Shown here one piece after another: positions 40,731 to 50,420 of a stretch of DNA of 64,000 bases. This stretch comes from Dictyostelium discoideum (lineage: Eukaryota). The position numbers and the translations under genes were made by a program. Position 1 is the stretch's first letter. Each line of letters begins with the position of its first letter. Below the pieces are notes generated by a model, which saw only the letters and a program-made list of their open reading frames with translations, was not told the origin of the DNA and ran no database searches. The stretch is taken from the NCBI GenBank assembly GCA_000004695.1, contig CM000151.3, positions 6,432,001 through 6,496,000 of the forward strand, written 5' to 3'.

Positions 40731-41008
40731 GGACAAAAAAGATGTTTTAATCAAAAGTAATAATACAATTCAAAATTTGAACCAAAAAAAAAAAAAAAAA
40801 AAAAAAAAATAAGTAACTAATAATTGCGTTTTCCGATTCAAAAAAAAAAATGTTGTCTCCAACCAGTACTTGGAAGGCCTGAGGTCGATTTTAATTGCGT
40901 TATTTCGATTCAAAAAAAAAGAATCCAAAAAAAAATCAGATTTTTTTTTTTTGGATTGGATCAAAAAAAAAATCAGATTCAAAAAAAAAAAAAAACATAA
41001 ACTTCAAA

Positions 41009-41086
41009 GATATCGTAGCGAAGTGGTAACGTATTTGACTGAATCAAAGCTCCTAGGAGGCGCAGGTTCGAATCCTGCCGATATCG
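41009..41086 (+). tRNA. Class-II tRNA with a long variable arm; anticodon region reads UGA (Ser-like), but the anticodon loop is atypical. Possible pseudogene.
   Basis: The acceptor stem gatatcg/cgatatc pairs over 7 bp. D-arm 'GCG AAGTGGTAA CGT' contains a GG. Canonical T-arm gcagg-TTCGAAT-cctgc. Variable arm ctcc-ta-ggag. Downstream T5 terminator at 41091-41095. The anticodon stem-loop 'tttga ctgaa tcaaa' folds either as a 5-nt loop or as a 7-nt loop with C33. Confidence 0.55.
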
Positions 41087-41169
41087 ATAATTTTTAGAAT
41101 CAATTCATTTGGTCGAAGGTTCGATTAATCAATATTAAAAAAAAAAAAAAAAAAAAAGTTTTAAATAGG

Positions 41170-41229
<60 letters not shown>

Positions 41230-41248
<19 letters not shown>

Positions 41249-41530
41249 TTGAGGAAATGGAGAAAAAAAAATAAAATTCTTTTTTTCCTTATTTCCTTAT
41301 TTTTTCCCTTTTCCTTTATTTCCTCAAAAAAAAAAAAAAATTCCTCTTTTCCCTTTATTTCCTCTCACTTAAAAATTCCTGGTTCCTTTGTTCCCTCAAA
41401 AAAATAATCCTTTGGTTCCTTCATTTCCTTTTTTTACTCTATTTCCTTTATTTCCTCATAAATTTCCTCAAATTCCTTTATTTCCTCAATTAAAAATTCC
41501 TCGATAGAAGTACATTTCCTCCCTTTCCTC
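41230..41530. repeat. CT-rich degenerate tandem repeat (TTTCCTC / CCTTTATTTCCTC units).
   Basis: At least 12 occurrences of 'atttcctc' / 'ttccttt' over 300 bp. Confidence 0.7.
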
Positions 41531-41639
41531 AAAAGGATACACATTAAATTTCTCACAGTGTAATAGTAATTTAATTAATTTAATTTTAAATTCTAACTTA
41601 TTTTTATACTAGATAGTTAAAAAAAAAAAGATAATAATA

Positions 41640-42960
41640 ATAATAACACCACCACTGAGAAAAATTTTAACTTTAGCACTATAAGCCCCAACAGCCCAAA
41701 CAAAATTGTAAAAAAAATTATAAGGGCTGTGCGCAACACTTATGAGTGCTGTGCGGGCTGTGCTCAAAGTTTTTAATTTTGAGTACAGCCCTTACAAAAT
41801 TATTTTTTTAGATATTTAAATAAATAACCGTCTTTTTTTGAAACGGTTATTTATTTAAAGGTTTTTTTAGGATATACTTGGGATTAAATATTTTTAAAAA
41901 AAACCATCTATTTTTAAAAAAAAGTATTCAATAAAAAATAATAAAAATGAAATAATGCAATTTTATTTTATTTTTTTTTTTTTTTTTTTATTTATTTATT
42001 TATTTTTTTTTTAAAATGTGCTATATTAATATTATTAATTTGATTATTTTCAATTTCACTTTTTTGATTTAAACTCCTAAATATAAATGTAAAATTGTTA
42101 GTTATTACTTTAATTAAATTTTATTTTTTTTTAAAATTTACCATACATTACCTTAAAAAAAAAAAAAAAATTATCGTTATTTTTTATTTTATTGGTTTTC
42201 TCCTAAATATGAATGTAAAATAATTTATTTATTGATTAATAATACAAAACTTAAAATAATATGCAAAGTGATTTTTTATTTTAATTTCCAAGAAAATAAA
42301 AATTAATAATAAAAAATACTACATTTTTTCAGGTTTTTTTTTTTTTTTTTTGCAAAGTCTCAAACAATATATTCATATTTTCTTATTAAATATATTTTAT
42401 TTTTTTAAATACATTTAAAAAAGTAAATTAAAAAATTGTAATGTTTCTATCCTTTTTTTATTGTTTTTATTTTTTTTTTTTAAATTTTTTTTAAAAAAAA
42501 CCTTTTTATAAGTCTGTGTAGTCCTTTTTTATTTTAAAAAAATAATTTGTAGCCAATGTGATATTTTTTTTTTTTTTTAAAAAAAAACTTGAGATGTGTA
42601 GTCAGTTTTAAAAATTTAAAACCTTATTATTGCCCATTTTAAAAAAAAAAACCTTTTGGAATCTTTGCATTCAATTTATTTTTTTTTAAAAAAAAAAAAA
42701 AACCTTGTGGCCAGCCCTTGTAGTACATTTTTTTTAAAAAAAAAAATACCTTGTATCAGCCCGGTTAGCACTAATAGTCCATTTTTTTTTAAAAAAAAAT
42801 ACCTTTTATTAGTCCGGTTGGCACGAATAGACCGTTCAGCCCATATAGTCCATTTTTTTTTTTTAAGGGCTGTCCGGCTATTCGTGCCAACCGGGTTAAT
42901 ACAAGCCCTTCTAAGCGATCATGGCTTGTTCGTGGATAACTGCACTATATTTTAAAATTC
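41640..42960. other. Unusual GC-containing non-coding block, made of (i) a region with nested inverted repeats and a perfect 10-bp hairpin, and (ii) an array of about 8 short units each framed as A(n)-ACCTT...TAGTMCAT-T(n), ending in a 17-bp perfect inverted repeat.
   Basis: 41806-41850 'aaataaccgtctttttttgaaacggttattt' is a 10-bp stem. 41700-41800 holds 'ataagggctgt...acagcccttacaa' inverted repeats. 42812-42830 'ccggttggcacgaatag' and 42865-42883 'ctattcgtgccaaccgg' form a perfect inverted repeat. Units at 42488-42860 each end in a T-run. Confidence 0.5.
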
Positions 42961-42999
42961 TTTATTAAATAATTCAAATTTGGATGTATGTATTTTTTT

Positions 43000-43560
43000 T
43001 AATTCAAAGATTTTTACCAACTGATCCAATAGCTTCATTAGAAAATGGTTATGATAATATAATTTGGTCAAATAATTTAATGCATGCTCAATAATATCAT
43101 TTCTTGAACAAGTTAAAGATTCATTCTTAAAACCACCATCAACTTCAAATTCAAGTTTATTTTAAATCTCTTCAAATTTATTCAATTAAAATCCAAAAGG
43201 GTTAAGTGGTAATGAAATTTATTTACCACCAATCAAGGGTTTAGTATCGAAAAGAGCTTCTTTCCCATTAAGAATTGATCATACTTTTAGTTATACATTA
43301 CCAAGAGTTTGTTTCATTGGTGATGCTATAATGTTATAAAGGTTTTAAGAAATTAGAAAACCTGAAAATCTTAAAATGTTACTCTCAATTGATACTCTCT
43401 TCAATTTATTCATACATAATTCAATATTTGTGACTTTAAGAAAATTTTGAATTTCCTTATTAAATATTTCTCCTCTTAAAAATTAAATTTTTGGTGTTTC
43501 AAAAGGTAAATTAATTATAAAATTTAAATAAAAATAAAAAATAAAATGAAACTAAAAATT
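43000..43560. pseudogene. Coding-like (about 70% AT) block with multiple stops in every frame. Likely a decayed gene or transposon-ORF relic.
   Basis: Lower AT content than the surrounding intergenic DNA. The longest frames run 40-60 codons, each interrupted by stops. Confidence 0.25.
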
Positions 43561-43936
43561 AAAAAAAAATCATTCACAAATATATCTCAATTCTTATATA
43601 AATAAAAAAAAAAAAAAAGAAAAAAAAAATATCAAAAATTAATTATTTTATATTTTTTTAATTAAAAACCTAAGATCTTAACAAACTCTCAAAAGTTCCC
43701 ATATGGAAATTAGTTCCATTATTTTAAATACAATAACCAATGATGGTTTAGTTATCGGAAATTGAGAGGATAAACATACAATGACTTAAACGAAAAGAAG
43801 ATTATTATTTATTTTTTTAGAAAAATATTGATTTTATAATTTCAGGAACATAATTTTGTTTTGATATTTTTTTTGTCCAACCAAAAGAATATAAAAAACA
43901 AAATAATCATCTCCAATATATAAAATCCAACTTTTG

Positions 43937-44783
43937 TTTTTTTTTTTTTTTTTTTTTTTTTAATATTGGATTAACAAGATTGATATATGTCCATCTGTGT
44001 TAATACGAGTTTTATTTAATATTTATTTATAGGCTTATCATTTAAGCTGAAGGGTTATTTTAATCATATGAATTGATCAAAAGATATAATATTTGGGAGA
44101 GATGATTCTGGAATACAATAGTAATTAGCTGTTGTTTTTCTTAGCTTGATCGTTGAGGTGAGAAGGATCTTAGGATCTTTGAAATTATTATGGTCTTTTG
44201 CTGATAAGTTTTTCAGATCTTTTGCTTTTTTGATGTATTCTAGAGTGGCCAATTTGTGCCATTTCTTTAGAAGGGAGCTGTATGATAGTGATTCATTTGT
44301 TAAAGGATCTTCACTGTATATTTGATTGCAAATCCAAATCCAAATGTTGTGGAGGATAAGGGCCATTAGGTTTCTATATGCGTATGATCTGGATAGATCA
44401 TAGTCTATTGCTTTATAGTTCCATTCAAAGTATTCTTTGTGGAATCTGTGGTTGGCGTAATCTGCATTCACTTCTTGATCTTTTTTTTGCTGTCGGTGAT
44501 AATTTTGGAGTTATTCTATTAATGAAATTGTTATTTTGCCTAATTCTTGTATGGTGCCAGTTTTTACCTTTGCCTGTGGTAATATAGATGAAATTTTTGA
44601 GTTTATTTATTTTTATGAATTGTTTTGTTTTCTTGCATGAGAAGAACAGGTGACCGTATGGGTCTTTGCTCATATCTTCTTTGCAGAGTGGGCATTGTTT
44701 GTTGTGAAGGTAGTTTATTGGAAGGCATCTGGCATGGAATCTAAACATTGTGTCTCTTGTTTTAGGGTCTTTTATCTTCAGTA
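43937..44783 (-). mobile_element. 5'-truncated copy (847 bp including A-tail) of the adjacent non-LTR retrotransposon's 3' end, in tandem and in the same orientation.
   Basis: 43962-44783 is about 98% identical to 44804-45626 of the full element, which is the C-terminal ORF2 plus 3' UTR. It ends in a 25-nt poly(T) on the plus strand, i.e. a poly(A) tail on the element strand. ORF fragments at 44064..44471 and 44425..44748 are frameshifted relative to the full copy. Confidence 0.8.
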
Positions 44784-44906
44784 TTTTTTTTTTTTTTTTT
44801 TTTAATATTGGATTAACAAGATTGATATATGTCCATCTGTGTTAATACGAGTTTTTATTTAATATTTATTTATAGGCTTATCATTTAAGCTGAAGGGTTA
44901 TTTTAA

Positions 44907-47900
44907 TCATATGAATTGATCAAAAGATATAATATTTGGGAGAGATGATTCTGGAATACAATAGTAATTAGCTGTTGTTTTTCTTAGCTTGATCGTTGAG
45001 GTGAGAAGGATCTTAGGATCTTTGAAGTTATTATGGTCTTTTGCTGATAAGTTTTTCAGATCTTTTGCTTTTTTGATGTATTCTAGAGTGGCCAATTTGT
45101 GCCATTTCTTTAGAAGGGAGCTGTATGATAGTGATTCATTTGTTAAAGGATCTTCGCTGTATATTTGATTGCAAATCCAAATCCAAATGTTGTGGAGGAT
45201 AAGGGCCATTAGGTTTCTATATGCGAATGATCTGGTTAGATCATAGTCTATTGCTTTATAGTTCCATTCAAAGTATTCTTTGTGGAATCTGTGGTTGGCG
45301 TAATCTGCATTCACTTCTTGATCTTTTTTGGCTGTCGGTGATAATTTTGGAGTTATTCTATTAATGAAATTGTTATTTTGCCTAATTCTTGTATGGTGCC
45401 AGTTTTTACCTTTGCCTGTGGTAATATAGATGAAATTTTTGAGTTTATTTATTTTTATGAATTGTTTTGTTTTCTTGCATGAGAAGAACAGGTGACCGTA
45501 TGGGTCTTTGCTCATATCTTCTTTGCAGAGTGGGCATTGTTTGTTGTGAAGGTAGTTTATTGGAAGGCATCTGGCATGGAATCTAAACATTGTGTCTCTT
45601 GTTTTAGGGTCTTTTATCTTCAGTATGTTGTTGAAGAGTTGATTATAGCTGTAGCCTCTTAAGTTTAGAGATGATTGGAATTCCGTTTTAGGGATGGTTG
45701 GATTTTGGTCTTGAATTGTGGTATACCATTCTGCCAGTGAAAGTGGTTGTCCATTTTCGTTTTTTATGGATGTGAGATTATTGTTGAAGATTGCTTTTTT
45801 TATTCTTATTTTGTTCCATTCGTCTAAGTTTTCTTTTAGGTATCTGGATGTGAATTTGTTTTTTTGGATCTGATATTCCCAGCTTTTGTGATGAGATGAG
45901 TTTGTTTGTTTGGTTTCTAGTGCTAGGATGAACTGGTTTATGATCCAAAGTTTCTGCGCCAGTTGTCTCAATTCTATATTCCAAATGTTCCAGCCCCCTA
46001 CTTTTAGTGGGTATCTTGCTCTTTTGGTTCTCATTAAATTAATAACTTGAAATCCACTAGCATTTTTGTTGTTTGGTGCCGATAAAAACCATTCGACTAA
46101 TTTATTGATTTGGTTTAATTCCTCTTCCTTAAAGTTCTCTACATATGAATAGTAGGTTAATTTAGAGAGTGCGAATGCTTTGAGGATGTTGGTTTTGGTT
46201 TTGATTGTTGAGTCAGTGGTTTTCCATAGTACTAAGGATGATCTTATTGTGTTTAATATTTCTGGCATTTTTCTTGTTATCCCTTTGCCTGTGAAGAAGT
46301 ATCCCAAGTATCTTTCTGGATTTGTAGATATTGGAATTCTTTGGTTGGTATTGTCTGGGTTGCCTATAAGAATTGATGAAGATTTGTCGATGTTTAGTTT
46401 TGAGGAAGTGGCTTTGCAAAATGAATTGAAGTGTTGTAGTACTAATTCAAGTTGTTGAGAGTCTGGGACCATTGAAGCCGAGTCGTCTGCAAAGCTTTGG
46501 AATTTCTCTCTGTGGTTGCTGTTGTTTAGAGGAAGGCCAGTAATTCGGTCATCTTGTAAAATTTTTCTAGCTAAAGCCTCTATTACAAGGACGAACAGGG
46601 TGGGTGATAGTGGATCTCCTTGTTTAACTCCTCTTTTGATCTCAAAGGGTATAGTAGTTCTACCATTAATTTCAATTCTTGCTTCAGATTTGGTGAGTAG
46701 ATTCATTATCAGGTTGATTATATTGGTTGGAATGTTGATGTGTTGTAGTGATCTGAGTATTGAACCGTGTGAGATCGAGTCAAAAGCTTTTTCGAAATCA
46801 TATAGTGTAATTATTCCGTTAATTCTTTTATCATTACAATAGTTGATTAATTCGTTCATTGATATGATATTATCTATAATGAATCTGCCTGGTACGAAAC
46901 CTTTTTGATTGTGGTTGATCACTTTCGTTAGTATTGGGATTATTCTATTGTTTATTAGTTTTGAGTGGATTTTATATATACAGTTAGCCAGTGTAATTGG
47001 TCTTCTGTTTTTGATTAGTTCGGGGTCTCCCTTTTTAGGTATCGTGATAATGAGGCCTTCTTTGTAATTTTTGCTAATTAGATGAGGATTTCTTAGAGTG
47101 TCGTTGAATGCTGAGGCCAGTATTGGAGCTAGTTTTTCTTTGTGTGTTATGTAGAATAAGTTTGGAATTCCATCTGGGCCTGGAGATTTGTGTGGGTTCA
47201 ATTGTTTTATTACTTCTAGGATCTCTTGTGATGTGAATTCATTTTCAAGGTTGTCCCATGTTGAGTCCCTGGTCACTGTCCAATTTTCCAACATTTCATA
47301 ATGAGATGGTGGGTCATCTTCTTTGTAGTCATAAAGATTTGAGTAATATTTTACGTATTCTTCTTCGATCAATTCCTGTTTGTTGATTGTTCTACCTTGT
47401 GCATCTTTTACTGCGTTGATGGTGAAATCATTGTGTCTTTTCTTGATTCTCGCGGAGATGTACTTGAGTGAGGTTTCTTCGCAATAGTTGTTCAATTCTT
47501 GTTTAAGTTGTTCTTCTCTTTTTTTAGATTCATTTATTGCTGAAAGGGTTGCGAAGGCTTGGTCTTTAAATTCTGTCTCTAGTAGGGAGATTAGATTTTT
47601 GATGTTTGCCTTATTGTTGTAGTCATTTTGTTTTTGAAATTCTGTGTATAGTTGTTTTATTTTGTTTAGTAAGCTGTTGAGTTGAGAGAAGGAAATAGAG
47701 TTATGGTTGGATGACAGCTCCCTTGAATAATCGTTAAGTAGGAAGTCTATTTTCTTAAGCATTATGCTTGAGAGGATTGAGGATTTTTTTAATCTCCATC
47801 TGCGCTTGTTCATCTGTATGTTGGGTAGAGTGAAGGTGGTTGATAGGAAGTTGTGATCTGATAGAGGTATGTCATTAATTTTTGGGGGGATTAGGTTCCT

Positions 47901-48611
47901 TAAGTATAATTGGCTGTAGTTGATTATGCTATTGTTAAGGTATATTCTGTCTAGTCTCCTTTCCAAGATTCTTGTGAGGTTATTGTTTGTGTTGTGTATC
48001 GTTCTTGAGAAGGTGGGTCTTTTATTTAGTTGGTCCATATCCATTAGGTTATTTGAAATTCTGATGGCTTCGATTACTGTGGCCATCTCATCTGGGGATT
48101 GTGTTGTCAAGTTGCCTTGGTCATCATTTGATGTGTGATTGTCATTGAAGTCTAAACAATTGAAGTCGCCTGCTATGATGTCGATGTTTTTTTTAGGGTT
48201 AGACGTTAGGTTGTGGTATTGGTTGTTGAAGTGTTTGTTTAGTGTTGAAGCTAGTGTTTTTCTTTTATCAGGTTGGGCCGGGGCGTATATGGCCAAGATT
48301 CTCGTTGTGGTATCTTTTATTAGAATGTCTGATATTATTAGTCTACCTTCTATTATGAATATTGGTGAGAGTTTTATGTTTTGGTTGTTGTGGTTTAGTA
48401 TTCCTATTCCGTTGCCTCTGTTGGTTGCGCTAATGATGGAGCCAGGAAATAGCTGGTGTGCTTGTGTTGCGTCGGCGTTGAGTTCATTGACTATGGTTAG
48501 TGCCAATGAGTTTGGGGGGGATTGGGATTTGATAAAGTCTGTTTTGTTTTTGAAGGAGGTGTCAGTGCCCCAACCTCTGACATTCCATTGGTTGATTTTG
48601 ATTACTACCAT
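44907..48611 (-). CDS. Retrotransposon ORF2: apurinic-like endonuclease + reverse transcriptase + C-terminal CCHC zinc knuckle (1234 aa).
   Basis: Real ATG at 48611. The N-terminal EEP fold 'LAIYAPAQ...GDFNCLDF...SDHNF'. RT motifs 'PGPDGIPN', 'FEKAFDSISH', 'QGDPLSPTLF', 'SFADDSA' (YXDD box). C-terminal 'CPLCKEDMSKDPYGHLFFSCK'. Confidence 0.85.
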   Translation of the reverse strand: MVVIKINQWNVRGWGTDTSFKNKTDFIKSQSPPNSLALTIVNELNADATQAHQLFPGSIISATNRGNGIGILNHNNQNIKLSPIFIIEGRLIISDILIKDTTTRILAIYAPAQPDKRKTLASTLNKHFNNQYHNLTSNPKKNIDIIAGDFNCLDFNDNHTSNDDQGNLTTQSPDEMATVIEAIRISNNLMDMDQLNKRPTFSRTIHNTNNNLTRILERRLDRIYLNNSIINYSQLYLRNLIPPKINDIPLSDHNFLSTTFTLPNIQMNKRRWRLKKSSILSSIMLKKIDFLLNDYSRELSSNHNSISFSQLNSLLNKIKQLYTEFQKQNDYNNKANIKNLISLLETEFKDQAFATLSAINESKKREEQLKQELNNYCEETSLKYISARIKKRHNDFTINAVKDAQGRTINKQELIEEEYVKYYSNLYDYKEDDPPSHYEMLENWTVTRDSTWDNLENEFTSQEILEVIKQLNPHKSPGPDGIPNLFYITHKEKLAPILASAFNDTLRNPHLISKNYKEGLIITIPKKGDPELIKNRRPITLANCIYKIHSKLINNRIIPILTKVINHNQKGFVPGRFIIDNIISMNELINYCNDKRINGIITLYDFEKAFDSISHGSILRSLQHINIPTNIINLIMNLLTKSEARIEINGRTTIPFEIKRGVKQGDPLSPTLFVLVIEALARKILQDDRITGLPLNNSNHREKFQSFADDSASMVPDSQQLELVLQHFNSFCKATSSKLNIDKSSSILIGNPDNTNQRIPISTNPERYLGYFFTGKGITRKMPEILNTIRSSLVLWKTTDSTIKTKTNILKAFALSKLTYYSYVENFKEEELNQINKLVEWFLSAPNNKNASGFQVINLMRTKRARYPLKVGGWNIWNIELRQLAQKLWIINQFILALETKQTNSSHHKSWEYQIQKNKFTSRYLKENLDEWNKIRIKKAIFNNNLTSIKNENGQPLSLAEWYTTIQDQNPTIPKTEFQSSLNLRGYSYNQLFNNILKIKDPKTRDTMFRFHARCLPINYLHNKQCPLCKEDMSKDPYGHLFFSCKKTKQFIKINKLKNFIYITTGKGKNWHHTRIRQNNNFINRITPKLSPTAKKDQEVNADYANHRFHKEYFEWNYKAIDYDLTRSFAYRNLMALILHNIWIWICNQIYSEDPLTNESLSYSSLLKKWHKLATLEYIKKAKDLKNLSAKDHNNFKDPKILLTSTIKLRKTTANYYCIPESSLPNIISFDQFI

Positions 48612-49864
48612 TATGAGATGATATCGATCTCCTCTTGGGAGTCGTATAGCTGCGGTTTGGATGGTGAAGGGTAGATACTCTCTATGAAGCTCTCAATGAT
48701 TCCTTTCCTTTCTTTTTTGACAGGTGTCTTAGGGGTGGATGGGATGTAAGGGTTGCTTCTGTTTATTGTTGGTGAGAGTTGGGTGACCTCGTTGTTTGAG
48801 TGGATTTCCTCGTTCTTGCGTTTATGTGATGGAGGGATGTTTGGTGTCTTCTCTCTGTTTTCCGAGGATGAATGGATGTTAGTGCTCGTTTTGTTGGCAT
48901 TGTCTTTTTGGATGGCGTTGGATGTTGTGGTAGTGGTTGTGGTGGGTTTGACAGATTGAGATTCTGCTTGGTTTTTGGGGGGAAGAGGTTGAGAGGACTT
49001 TTTTGATTGGGCTTTTTTCTCTTGGGTTGATTGTTTATCAGACTGATTGTTTGCTGGGTCATTTGTTTGTTGTTGTGGTTTTGGTTGAGAGGATTTGATT
49101 GCTATCCTGTTTTGGGTGTTGGGAGGATCATCTGTCATCTCATCTTCTAATGGTTCTTCCGTGTTGTTTAACTCTACTTTCTTATTTTTCTTTTGTGAGG
49201 AGTAGGTTTTGGTGGCCGTTCTGATGGTAAAGTTGGCGATTTCTGTATTGTGTTGGCCAGATTTCATTTGATCGCCTATTTTGCATTCTATTAGACCGAA
49301 TACTAGGAGGTGGTCGGTGGAGTATATAGTATGGTATATTGCATAGGGTATTTCTTCTGCAAAGGCAGTTTTGATGAGGGCGTCCACTATTCCTGCCTTT
49401 TCTCTTGGAATTCTTACTCTTCCTGTGAGGACGTGGTAGTCTCTACTGGAGGTGATGAAGGTTCCCAATTTGCTTCTATCTCTAATGATATTTAGGAGAG
49501 ATTGTTCGTTTTTAATCATCAGGTGTATCATTTTTCTAGTTCCTTTGCCTATGTATATCTTGTCGATTGGGATATCGTAGTTTGAGAGTGTTTTTCTCAT
49601 TTCTTCTAACCCCATGAGATCCATTTTGGGGAATTCGAGTGTAATTGGGTAGAATCCGTTGTTTTTCTCGTAGGTTGAGAGCGCAGTCATGTTCAATATG
49701 GTCTCGCAGTATTTGGAGATGTCTTTGAGGCCTATTGATAATTTGGGATAGGTCTCCTTTATCTCTGCTGTTTTTGTGGAGAATTCCTTAATGAAGTTCT
49801 CTGATGCCTCGTCCATATGGGTGGAGGGGTTGGCCATTTTAGCCGCGTCTGCGTAGGAATTCAT
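48611..49864 (-). CDS. Retrotransposon ORF1 (417 aa, basic Gag-like; Pro/Thr/Gln-rich C-terminal half).
   Basis: Real ATG at 49864. The stop overlaps the ORF2 start. Confidence 0.7.
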   Translation of the reverse strand: MNSYADAAKMANPSTHMDEASENFIKEFSTKTAEIKETYPKLSIGLKDISKYCETILNMTALSTYEKNNGFYPITLEFPKMDLMGLEEMRKTLSNYDIPIDKIYIGKGTRKMIHLMIKNEQSLLNIIRDRSKLGTFITSSRDYHVLTGRVRIPREKAGIVDALIKTAFAEEIPYAIYHTIYSTDHLLVFGLIECKIGDQMKSGQHNTEIANFTIRTATKTYSSQKKNKKVELNNTEEPLEDEMTDDPPNTQNRIAIKSSQPKPQQQTNDPANNQSDKQSTQEKKAQSKKSSQPLPPKNQAESQSVKPTTTTTTTSNAIQKDNANKTSTNIHSSSENREKTPNIPPSHKRKNEEIHSNNEVTQLSPTINRSNPYIPSTPKTPVKKERKGIIESFIESIYPSPSKPQLYDSQEEIDIIS

Positions 49865-50134
49865 CTCGATGGGATTCCTTTGAATCGGCGATTTGGTAAG
49901 TTATATCTGTAGATCGTGGTGGATTGGTGATTTTTTTTGAAAGATTGGTTAAAATTGACCGAGATTAAGGATAGAAAAGGATGAATTACTTTTCACGTGT
50001 ATCTTGTATCCTCTTGATCGCGGTACGGTTTTTTTCGTATCTTGTATCCTCTTGATCGCGGTACGGTTTTTTCAAACATAACTTTTGTTTAATTAAAAGG
50101 TTGAGCCCAATAAGAGAATCGAACCAGGGACATT

Positions 50135-50147
50135 ATATGGTTTCTTG
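50135..50147 (-). terminator. Pol III terminator (oligo-T on the tRNA strand) immediately 3' of tRNA-Leu(CAA).
   Basis: Minus strand reads ...ctttatc a acag TTTTT ccc. Confidence 0.7.
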
Positions 50148-50228
50148 GGAAAAACTGTTGATAAAGGCGAGATTCGAACTCGCGAAGCCGAAGCATAAGA
50201 ACTTGAGTCTTACCCATTTGACCACTCT
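50148..50228 (-). tRNA. tRNA-Leu (anticodon CAA), class II, 81 nt, followed by a T5 terminator.
   Basis: Read on the minus strand: acceptor GGTAAAG/CTTTATC (7 bp including one G-U). D-arm CCA-GAGTGGTCAAA-TGG. Anticodon arm TAAGA-CTCAAGT-TCTTA (loop C-U-CAA-G-U). Variable arm containing GC-UUCG-GC. T-arm GCGAG-TTCGAAT-CTCGC. Discriminator A. Terminator TTTTT at 50135-50147. Confidence 0.8.
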
Positions 50229-50420
50229 GGTACTTTACCTTTTGAAAATAATTGAGAATTACGGTTGATATTGACCACTGTGATACTTTACCTTTTGAAA
50301 CCATGAATTACGGTGAGTCTTACCCATTTGACAACTCTGATACTCTACCTTTTGAAAACCATTGGGAATTACGGTTGATTTTGACCACTTTGGTACTTTA
50401 CCTTTTGAAAACCTTGGCTA
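50190..50420. repeat. Tandem array of about 4 units, roughly 60 bp each. Each unit is a copy of the tRNA-Leu 5' half (about 35 nt) plus about 25 nt of upstream flank (ttttgaaaa..attacgg).
   Basis: 'gagtcttacccatttgaccactctggtactttacc ttttgaaaataattgagaattacgg' is followed by 'ttgatattgaccactgtgatactttacc ttttgaaaccatgaattacgg', then 'tgagtcttacccatttgacaactctgatactctacc ttttgaaaaccattgggaattacgg', then 'ttgattttgaccactttggtactttacc ttttgaaaacc'. Confidence 0.7.

Larger units (their letters stand above)
44784..50090 (-). mobile_element. Full-length non-LTR (LINE-like, tRNA-gene-associated TRE-type) retrotransposon, about 5.3 kb. Its 5' end lies about 60 bp from the 3' end of the tRNA-Leu gene. 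The poly(A) tail is at 44784-44803.
   Basis: Two overlapping ORFs (TAATG overlap at 48611). The 5' UTR carries a 37-bp direct repeat 'tatcttgtatcctcttgatcgcggtacggttttttt' x2 (50007-50085). Position and orientation relative to the tRNA are as expected for a TRE3-type element (downstream of a tRNA gene). Confidence 0.8.

Noticed and set aside
50089-50135. Second tRNA-like T-arm 'tccctggttcgattctc' just downstream of tRNA-Leu, and the ORF 50089..50304.
   Set aside because: No acceptor-stem pairing or D/anticodon arms can be built. The ORF is an artefact overlapping the tRNA and its terminator.
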